Assembly: GCF_009600605.1 (NCBI RefSeq)
Contig: NZ_VWNA01000001.1
Span: 1,434,490 to 1,466,489, forward strand
Length of the DNA: 32,000 nt
Direction of reading: 5' to 3'
DNA from: Segnochrobactrum spirostomi
Lineage (GTDB): Bacteria > Pseudomonadota > Alphaproteobacteria > Rhizobiales > Segnochrobactraceae
Shown: piece after piece, positions 25,943-32,000 of the stretch
How positions within the stretch are numbered: position 1 is the first letter of the stretch
How the letters are laid out: each line of letters starts with the position of its first letter
Notes under the pieces: generated by a model
The model's database searches: none
The model's input: the letters and a program-made list of their open reading frames with translations, nothing else
What the model was told of the DNA's origin: nothing
Made by a program: the position numbers and the translations under genes

Positions 25943-26493
25943 AGCCGCAGTTCCCGGAACGGTGCGACGAGCGCCTCGAAGGCGAGTGCCGCCGGTCCCG
26001 CGACGGCACCGAGCGCCGCCGCCTCTCGGTTCTCGAACCAATAGGCGACGAGCATCAGGATCGCCTGCTTCAGCGGCGCCGGCGCCGCCTCGGCCGTCGC
26101 GTAGCCGGTGTCGAAATCGATCTCGATCCCGTTCGGCGCCGCGGGTAGCCGGCCGAGCACGATCATGTCCGGCTCAGCCGGAGCGAGGCGCCAGTCGCCC
26201 TCCGGCACCGCGACCTCGACGCCGTCGGCATCGAACGCGGCGACGGCGGTGACGGCGCCGACCGGCCCCGGCCGCAGCCGCACCCGCCCGTCCCGCGGGA
26301 TCGCGCCGAGGACGCAGCGCCAGCCCTGCACCGCGAGGGCGCGGCGCGTCACCGCCTCGACATGCGCGCGGGCCGCCGCGACGAGGCCGGTGATGACCGC
26401 GTCCTCGTCGTCGCCGTCCACGCGCAGGTGCGCCTTCGCCGCCGCGAGCCCGACCGGCTCGAAGGCGGGCGGCCGGACCTGGAAGGTCGTCAT
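25939..26493 (-). CDS. GTA g6 homologue: gp6-like head-tail connector (adaptor)
   Basis: C-terminal 184 codons of track ORF 25939..27981. AKAHLRVDGDDEDAVITGLVAAARAHVEAVTRRAL is the gp6-like signature. The start is ATG 26493 or ATG 26505 (MGFAMTT), which I could not resolve. Confidence 0.8.
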   Translation of the reverse strand: MTTFQVRPPAFEPVGLAAAKAHLRVDGDDEDAVITGLVAAARAHVEAVTRRALAVQGWRCVLGAIPRDGRVRLRPGPVGAVTAVAAFDADGVEVAVPEGDWRLAPAEPDMIVLGRLPAAPNGIEIDFDTGYATAEAAPAPLKQAILMLVAYWFENREAAALGAVAGPAALAFEALVAPFRELRL

Positions 26494-26537
26494 GGCAAAC
26501 CCCATGGCAAGCCCCGCTTTGCGAGCAGGAACGCCGC

Positions 26538-27872
26538 TCAGCTCGCCGCGAAGGCGAGCAGCTTGATCGCCTCGAAGTCCTGCACGCCGCCGCCGACGCG
26601 CTTCGTCGTGTAGAACAGGACGTAGGGCTTGGCGCTGTAGGGATCGCGCAGCACGCGGACGCCGAGCCGATCGACGACCAGATAGCCGCGGCGGAAGTCG
26701 CCGAAGGCGATCGCCGCGCCGGCGGAGGCGATCGACGGCATGTCCTCCGCCTCGACGAGGGGGAAGTTCATCAGCGTCGCATCGGCCCCGATCGAGGCCG
26801 GCGGCTGCCAGAGATAATTGCCGTCGGCGTCCTTCAGCTTGCGGATCGCGGCTTGCGTCTTCCGGCTCATCACGAAGGTGGCGTTCTGGCGGTAGCCCGC
26901 CTTGAGCGCATAGACGAGATCGATCAGCACGTCGGACGCGCCCGTCGCCGGGAAGCCGGCGTTCACCCCCGTCACCAGCCGTCCGAGGCTGCCCCACGAC
27001 CAGCTCGCGTCCGCAACCTGCGGATAGGCGAGGAAGCCCTTCGGCTTGTTCACGCCGTCGCCGGAGACGAAGGCCGTTCCCTCCTGCTCGGCGAAGGCGA
27101 CCTCGACCTCCTCGGCGATCCATTGGTCGATGTCGACCGCGGCATCGTCGAGGAGAACGCCGGTCGCCGCCGGCATGGCGTAGAGCTCCATCGTCTGGAA
27201 CGAGAGCTCGGCAAGCGTCGGCCCGGCGGTCTGCGGTCTCGCCGCGGTCTCCGCCACCCAGCCGACCGCAGGTCCCGCGACCGAGAACGGCTTGCGGTAG
27301 ACCGAGCCCGAGACCTGGCGGCTGCCCGCGATGCGGCGGATCGGCGACAGGGCCGAGAGACGGCGCACGATCTCGCGCTCGGTCTCCTCGGGCACCAGAT
27401 AGCCGCCGTCGGCGGGCGAGCCGGCCGAGAGCGCCTTCGCCTCGATCCCCTTGAGGGCGTCGTCGCGCCCGGCCCGCACATAGGCCGCGAACGCCGCCTT
27501 GTGCTCGCGCCGCGCCTCGCCGGATCGGCGGTCGTCCTCCGCCGCGAGCCCCGGCCGGGCCGCCTTGAGGGCGAGGCCGTCGAGCCGCTTTTTGTGCTCG
27601 TCGAGCGCAGTGTCGATGCGGTCGAGCTTCTCGATCGTCAGCGGATCGGCCGACCGGCGCTCGATCTCGGCGAGCCGGGCGTCGTTCACCGCCTTGAAGC
27701 TCTCGAAGGCTTCCATGAAGCCGGCGAAGGCAGAGACCGGATCGCCGGGCCCTTCGAAAAGGGAGGCTCCCTTGCGCTCCGGCGCCCACTGCTGCCCGGG
27801 TGCCCCCTGGGTCCCGCCCGGCATCCCGCCGCTCTGTGCGTCGTGCATCCTCGTCGCTCCGTTTTGCATCAT
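26538..27872 (-). CDS. GTA g5 homologue: HK97-fold major capsid protein with N-terminal scaffold-like segment
   Basis: Track ORF 26538..28475 trimmed to ATG 27872, which overlaps the protease stop (ATGA). FESFKAVNDARLAEIERR coiled segment, then an HK97 capsid body (GGYLVPEE, LYAMPAATGVLLDDAAVDIDQWI, FAEQEGTAFVSGDGVNKPKGFL). 444 aa. Confidence 0.94.
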   Translation of the reverse strand: MMQNGATRMHDAQSGGMPGGTQGAPGQQWAPERKGASLFEGPGDPVSAFAGFMEAFESFKAVNDARLAEIERRSADPLTIEKLDRIDTALDEHKKRLDGLALKAARPGLAAEDDRRSGEARREHKAAFAAYVRAGRDDALKGIEAKALSAGSPADGGYLVPEETEREIVRRLSALSPIRRIAGSRQVSGSVYRKPFSVAGPAVGWVAETAARPQTAGPTLAELSFQTMELYAMPAATGVLLDDAAVDIDQWIAEEVEVAFAEQEGTAFVSGDGVNKPKGFLAYPQVADASWSWGSLGRLVTGVNAGFPATGASDVLIDLVYALKAGYRQNATFVMSRKTQAAIRKLKDADGNYLWQPPASIGADATLMNFPLVEAEDMPSIASAGAAIAFGDFRRGYLVVDRLGVRVLRDPYSAKPYVLFYTTKRVGGGVQDFEAIKLLAFAAS

Positions 27873-28444
27873 GTGAAGGTCGAAAGCCGCGCGGCGCCGC
27901 GCCGGAAGGCGTCGGCGAGCGCGCCCGAAACCGCCTCCGGACGCAGGGCATGGCGCACCGAGACGGGCGCGATGCGGGCATCGGGCAGCAGCGGGAAGGT
28001 GACGATCGAGATCTCCCAGAGGTCGATCTCGATCAGGTCGCGCCGCCCGCTCTTGGTGTCCCGGCTCGCCCGCACCGTGCGGAAGCCGATCGAGAGCCCG
28101 TCGACCGCCCCGGCATCGAGCAGCGCAGCGGCCTCCCGGGCGCGGGCGAGATCGGTGAGGAGAAGCCCCCGTACCCGAAGCCCGAGGCCGTCCTCGCCGA
28201 TCGCGAGCCAGCGGCCTATCGGCTCGGCCGGATCGTGCTGCCAGAGCAGCTTCACGCCGTCCGGCCCGCGTCGTTCGAGCGAGCGGCGGAAGGCGCCCGG
28301 CTTCACCCGATCGCCACCGAGGTCGGTGCGGTGGAACAGGCTGGCATAGCCCTCGAAGGTGCCGTCCGCATTGAGCCGCGACAGCCGCGCCGGCATCCGT
28401 TTCACCTCGAGGTCTGTCGGGCGAGGCCGCGGATAAATAATCAT
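27869..28444 (-). CDS. GTA g4 homologue: HK97-family prohead protease
   Basis: Track ORF 27869..28609 trimmed to ATG 28444 (GGAG at 7 nt; ATGA overlap with the upstream micro-ORF stop). ATG 28396 is an alternative start. GTFEGYASLFHRTDLGGDRVKPGAFRRSL ... LLWQHD ... DGLSIGF are family signatures. Confidence 0.88.
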   Translation of the reverse strand: MIIYPRPRPTDLEVKRMPARLSRLNADGTFEGYASLFHRTDLGGDRVKPGAFRRSLERRGPDGVKLLWQHDPAEPIGRWLAIGEDGLGLRVRGLLLTDLARAREAAALLDAGAVDGLSIGFRTVRASRDTKSGRRDLIEIDLWEISIVTFPLLPDARIAPVSVRHALRPEAVSGALADAFRRGAARLSTFT

Positions 28445-28578
28445 CGCGCGTCTCCGAGCGGGCGCACCCGGGCATCGCTCCGGCGCGGCATCAGCACCCG
28501 CGCCAAGCCGGCGGAGAAGGCGGCGAACACCGGCCGGTGGTCGGCGGCACGCGGTGCAAAGCGGAAGAACGGTGTCAT
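28441..28578 (-). CDS. 45-codon micro-ORF upstream of the protease gene
   Basis: MTPFFRFAPRAADHRPVFAAFSAGLARVLMPRRSDARVRPLGDAR. ATG 28578 is preceded by GGGGAGG at 6 nt. Its stop overlaps the protease ATG (ATGA). It is the tail of the otherwise Arg/Ser-rich 151-aa track ORF 28441..28896. The composition is not very protein-like, so confidence is low. Confidence 0.25.
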   Translation of the reverse strand: MTPFFRFAPRAADHRPVFAAFSAGLARVLMPRRSDARVRPLGDAR

Positions 28579-28615
28579 CGCGAGCCTCCCCAAGCTCTGA
28601 AGCCCGCACGCGCGC

Positions 28616-28804
28616 CTATTCGCGCTCCTTGAAGAGCGCGTTGAGCCGCGCGAGCTCGTTGACGAAATCGTTGAAGCGCCGGTTCGAGGCGGCGAGCTCC
28701 CGCAGCGCCCAGACGAGCAGCCCGCTCGAACTCGACGCCCACAGGAAGAGCGCCAGGTGCGCGAGGTCGCCGCGTTCGACGATGCTTTGCGTGACGGGGT
28801 CCAT
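28616..28804 (-). CDS. GTA g3.5 homologue (Rcc01685-family small head-formation protein)
   Basis: 62 aa; ATG preceded by GGAG. One hydrophobic segment (LAHLALFLWASSSSGLLVWAL) and a C-terminal amphipathic helix. It sits between portal and protease, as RcGTA g3.5 does. Confidence 0.6.
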   Translation of the reverse strand: MDPVTQSIVERGDLAHLALFLWASSSSGLLVWALRELAASNRRFNDFVNELARLNALFKERE

Positions 28805-28912
28805 GGGCGTCTCCGGGTGCTTCTCGTTCGTTCGCCCCCGAACGCCTCTCTCGCTTCGTATGGGTGTCGTCTTCGAACCGACCTCGCCGAACGCACCGTG
28901 CCGCGGCCTGCG

Positions 28913-30109
28913 CTAAGGCGCGTCTCGCCCGTCCGACCCGCGCCTTGGCCCGTAGCCGACCGCGGCCCGCTTCTCGTCCTCGGTCAGGAAGTCGGCCGCG
29001 GCAACGCGCGCCCACAGCGCCTCGCGCTCGGCCGACAAGGCCTCGATGGCGTCGGCGTCGAAGCCAAGGCGCAGATCCGGCCCGAAGGCGGGCCCGAGCC
29101 AGGCCCCGAGCGCCGCCGCGGTGCGCCCGACGAGCGGCAGCACCGTCTGTCGCCAGAACGCCCGGTTCGCCTCCTGATAGTTCGAATAGGTGTTGTCGCC
29201 GGGAATGCCGAGCAGCATCGGCGGCACGCCGAAGGCGAGCGCGATCTCGCGGGCCGCCAGGTTCTTCGCCTCGACGAAATCCATGTCCCGCGGCGACAGC
29301 GCCATGGTGCGCCAATCGAGGCCGCCTTCGAGAAGCAACGGCCGGCCTGCGTTGCGGGCCCCGGAGAAACCCTCTTCGAGCTCCTTCTTCAGCCGCTCGA
29401 ACTGGTCGTCGCTGAGATTGCCGCCCTCGCCGCCGGTATAGACCAGGGCACCCGAGGGCCGCGCCGAATTGTCGAGCAGCGCCTTCGCCCACGCCCCGGC
29501 CGCGTTGTGCACGTCGAGGCTCGTCAGCGCCGCCTCGATCGGGGCGAAGCCGTAATGGTCGTTGAGCGGATGAAACAGCGCGAGTTGCAGGATGGGGCTC
29601 AGCCCCGCTTCGTCGACGGAGAAGCGCACGGTGCGCCCGCCGACGCTGTAATCGTAGGCCTCCGGCCAGCCGTCGCGGCCGGGCACCACCTTCATCCGGT
29701 CAGGCCGCAGCCCATGGAGCTCGCGCACCTGCCCGTCGAGCGCCACCGCCTCGATATAGGCGTTGCCGGCGACGAGCAGGTGCCCGTAGACGGCCTCGAG
29801 GAAGTCGCGTCCCGCCTGACGCGGGCTCGGCCGCTCCAGAAGCGCGAGCAGCGGATGGCCCGGCCGCTCCTCGTCGCCCGCGTAGAGCAACCACGGCACC
29901 GACGCCGACGCCTCGGCCACCATCCGCACCGCCCGGTAGACGACCGGGTTGCGGGCATAGCCCTCACGGGCGAGCGCCGCATAATCCCGCGGCGTCCAGA
30001 CCGGCCGGCCCGGAACGGAAAAGGCGATCAGTCCGCCCGTCCGCGACGCCTTGCGCTCGACGGACGGCCGTTCGCGCGCCGCCGCCCGGCCGCGCCACCA
30101 GTCCAGCAT
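28913..30109 (-). CDS. GTA g3 homologue: HK97-family portal protein
   Basis: 398 aa. YARNPVVYRAVRMVAEASASVPWLLY, LLVAGNAYIE, and FVEAKNLAAREIALAFGVPPMLLGIPGDNTYSNYQEANRAFWRQTVLP are typical portal motifs. Confidence 0.95.
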   Translation of the reverse strand: MLDWWRGRAAARERPSVERKASRTGGLIAFSVPGRPVWTPRDYAALAREGYARNPVVYRAVRMVAEASASVPWLLYAGDEERPGHPLLALLERPSPRQAGRDFLEAVYGHLLVAGNAYIEAVALDGQVRELHGLRPDRMKVVPGRDGWPEAYDYSVGGRTVRFSVDEAGLSPILQLALFHPLNDHYGFAPIEAALTSLDVHNAAGAWAKALLDNSARPSGALVYTGGEGGNLSDDQFERLKKELEEGFSGARNAGRPLLLEGGLDWRTMALSPRDMDFVEAKNLAAREIALAFGVPPMLLGIPGDNTYSNYQEANRAFWRQTVLPLVGRTAAALGAWLGPAFGPDLRLGFDADAIEALSAEREALWARVAAADFLTEDEKRAAVGYGPRRGSDGRDAP

Positions 30110-30138
30110 CCCCGCCCCCCTTGCTTGATCCTATCGTC

Positions 30139-31488
30139 TCAGATGCGGCGCACCTTGGGCTCGCCGCCGCGCCCGAGCATCAGGGCGGTGATCGCCCACA
30201 CGAGCGCGTCGAGCCGGTCCGGCGAGCGGCCGGAGGAGAGGCCGGCTGGGCCGAAATCGCACATCTCGTCCTCGAGGGCGGGAAAGGTCCCGACATGGCG
30301 CACCCGGCCCTGCTCGTAGAGCGCGGCGACCGGCTCGGCCCGGACCCACTTGCCCCGCGTCGCCCGCACGGTCGCGACCGCGGCGGTCGGATCGACCTCG
30401 CGGATCACCGCCGTCACCATCTCGCCGCCCTGGTTGACCTCGGCGACGAGGCTGTCCGCCTCGAAGCGGCGGGCGAGCGCCACTGCGCGCTTCGCCCATT
30501 CCGCGGGCCGCAGCCCGGCCTCGCTCGCATCCGCCAGCACGTAGCCGATGCCGTCCTCGCCGAGCCCGGCGGCGACGAGGCCGCACGCATCGGCCTTGGC
30601 GCCGCTCGACGCCGGCGGGTCGATCGCCACCACGATCCGCCCGAGCGCCGGTACGTCGGCGACGCGCGCCGCCTCGATCGCGCCGCGCCGCCACAAGGCG
30701 TCGCTGCGATCCTCGATCAGCTCGCCGTCGAGTTCCTGCCGGCCGAGCCGAGTTCCGGCATAGCGGCCGACCACCGCCTCCAGGAAACCCGGCGCGAGAA
30801 AGGCCGCGTTCATCGCCGTCGAGGCCCGCGTCGCCGCGGTGCGCGGGTCGGCGAGGAGCCGCTTGACGAGCGGCACCGGGCGCGGCGTCGTGGTCGCGAC
30901 CTGCCGCGGCCGCTCGCCGAGGCGAAGGCCGAATTGCAGCATGTCCCACGTCGCTTCGGCATGCCGCCATTTGGCGATCTCGTCGGCCCAGGCCGCGTCG
31001 AACTGAGGCCCGCGCAGGCCCTCCGGGTCTTCGGCGCTGAAGCCTTGCGCCACCGCCCCGTTCGGCCAGGTCAGCCGGCGGCGCGACGGCTGCCAGGTCG
31101 GCCGCTCGCCGCGCGGGTGGATCGCGAGCAGCCCGGAGACCCCTTCGATCATCACGTCGCGGACGTCGCCCAGCGTCTCGCCGACGAGGGCGATGCGCCC
31201 GGCCGGCGGCCCGCCGAGGCGGCCCATCACCGCCGCCCGCACCCATTCCGCCCCCGCCCGCGTCTTGCCGGCACCGCGCCCGCCGAGCACGAGCCACGTC
31301 GTCCAGTCGCCGTCGGGCGGCATCTGGTCGTCGCGGGCCCAGAGAGGCCAATCATGGAGAAGCGCATCGAGCCGGGCGCGGTCGAGGCCGGCGACCAGGG
31401 TGCCGAATTCACCGCGCTCCGCGCAGGCGATCAAGGCGGCGCGCAAGGTCTTCGCGCAGACCATCGAGAGCGCCCTCCTCGTCCGCAT
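30139..31488 (-). CDS. GTA g2 homologue: terminase large subunit
   Basis: 449 aa. Walker A LVLGGRGAGKTRAGAEW. DEIAKW (Walker B / coupling region). C-terminal nuclease part with VAIDPPASSG...CGLV and EDEMCDF. The start is ATG 31488 or ATG 31464, and either overlaps the g1-like ORF by 56-80 nt. Confidence 0.95.
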   Translation of the reverse strand: MRTRRALSMVCAKTLRAALIACAERGEFGTLVAGLDRARLDALLHDWPLWARDDQMPPDGDWTTWLVLGGRGAGKTRAGAEWVRAAVMGRLGGPPAGRIALVGETLGDVRDVMIEGVSGLLAIHPRGERPTWQPSRRRLTWPNGAVAQGFSAEDPEGLRGPQFDAAWADEIAKWRHAEATWDMLQFGLRLGERPRQVATTTPRPVPLVKRLLADPRTAATRASTAMNAAFLAPGFLEAVVGRYAGTRLGRQELDGELIEDRSDALWRRGAIEAARVADVPALGRIVVAIDPPASSGAKADACGLVAAGLGEDGIGYVLADASEAGLRPAEWAKRAVALARRFEADSLVAEVNQGGEMVTAVIREVDPTAAVATVRATRGKWVRAEPVAALYEQGRVRHVGTFPALEDEMCDFGPAGLSSGRSPDRLDALVWAITALMLGRGGEPKVRRI

Positions 31489-31921
31489 CCGGCGTCTCGG
31501 CCCGCGCCGACCGATCGAGGTCGATCAGCGTTTCCAGCGTCTTGGCGAGCACCGCGAGGGTTCTGGCGTCGCGCTCGCCCGTCGCGCCCGGCTCGCCGAC
31601 CCGCGCCTCGATCTCGGCGACCTGCCGCTCGAAGGCGTCGGTGAGGCGCTTGACCAAGGCGGCGCGGTCGGCCGGCTCGGCCGCACGCCCCGCCACAACT
31701 CCCCCCGCCTTGCCGGCCCCGGAGGCGCCGCCGCCGCGCTTCCGCCGCCGCGGCGGCCGCCCGGAAGCGCCCGCGTCGTTCGATTTGGTTTCGACCGGCG
31801 GCGCCCCCGCGAGGCGCCATCCGGCGGCTGCGGCATGGCGCACCAGCCGCGCCGCCGGCCAGCCCGACAATCCCGCGAGTTCGGCGATCGAGGCGCCCCC
31901 CGTCTCGAACAGAGCCTGCAA
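31409..31921 (-). CDS. GTA g1-like ORF (putative small terminase or packaging accessory protein); 5' end uncertain
   Basis: The 170-aa track ORF starts at a TTG. The frame has no stop between 31921 and the window end, so the true start may lie off-window. It has an HTH-like N-terminal segment (ASIAELAGLSGWPAARLVRHAAAAGW) and a basic Gly-rich linker (RPPRRRKRGGGASGAGKAGG). The C-terminal part is helical (LVKRLTDAFERQVAEIEARV, LAVLAKTLETLIDLDR). It sits directly upstream of TerL. Confidence 0.55.
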   Translation of the reverse strand: MQALFETGGASIAELAGLSGWPAARLVRHAAAAGWRLAGAPPVETKSNDAGASGRPPRRRKRGGGASGAGKAGGVVAGRAAEPADRAALVKRLTDAFERQVAEIEARVGEPGATGERDARTLAVLAKTLETLIDLDRSARAETPDADEEGALDGLREDLARRLDRLRGAR

Positions 31922-32000
31922 GCCCCGCTCACCGGGCGGAACCCTATTCGCTCTACCGGACCCACCGCAGGCTACCGATCCGCCGTGCTTCCCGCCGTGG

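Larger units (their letters stand above)
14076..32000 (-). mobile_element. RcGTA-type gene transfer agent locus (domesticated siphovirus-like head-tail cluster g1-g15 plus a six-gene accessory/lysis extension); right end runs off the window
   Basis: Colinear with the R. capsulatus GTA order: terminase, portal, protease, capsid, connectors, tube, chaperones, short tape measure, DUF2460, DUF2163, NlpC/P60, g15. All ORFs are intact with many 4-8 nt overlaps. No integrase, repressor or replication genes are visible. The left boundary abuts host genes 63 bp away. Confidence 0.8.

Noticed and set aside
14076-32000. Interpretation as an intact or recently decayed temperate prophage
   Set aside because: There are no integrase, repressor/antirepressor, replication, recombination or DNA-modification genes in 18 kb. 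There is no tRNA or att-like repeat at the left junction. The gene order and small-protein set (g3.5, g10.1, DUF2460, DUF2163, g15) are specific to RcGTA-type clusters. This cannot be fully excluded because the right flank is outside the window.
1-32000. Search for CRISPR arrays, tRNA/rRNA genes, IS elements and long direct repeats
   Set aside because: No spaced repeat arrays, cloverleaf-like segments, transposase-like ORFs or terminal inverted repeats were seen. The only clear tandem repeat is the 15-bp unit at 14962-15000. Long-range repeat detection by eye is unreliable and should be repeated computationally.

Overview
Very GC-rich (roughly 70% by eye) alphaproteobacterial chromosome segment with Rhizobiales-like synteny. 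Every gene I can support lies on the minus strand. Positions 1-14012 are housekeeping: glnE (cut by the left edge), an OmpR-type response regulator and histidine kinase translationally coupled to glnE, a DegP/HtrA protease, cytochrome c maturation genes ccmI-ccmE-ccmF-ccmH, a small lipoprotein, and a PepSY / response regulator / histidine kinase operon. Positions 14076-32000 hold a complete, tightly packed RcGTA-type (gene transfer agent) head-tail cluster, g1-like through g15. Six further genes follow g15 without a break: a DUF2793 fibre-like protein, an Rcc01079-like spike-base protein, a 40-codon micro-ORF, a 503-aa beta-helix protein, a GH19 endolysin and a two-TM holin-like protein. I see no integrase, repressor, replication genes, tRNA, rRNA, CRISPR array or IS element. 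The most interesting feature is this accessory, adsorption and lysis module fused to g15, because in the Rhodobacter capsulatus model these functions sit at separate loci. I did not find a convincing wholly new system; the findings are variations on a GTA theme plus small sequence oddities. The many long plus-strand ORFs and Arg-rich alternative-frame ORFs in the track are GC-driven artefacts. All family assignments come from motif recognition by eye and need profile searches to confirm.
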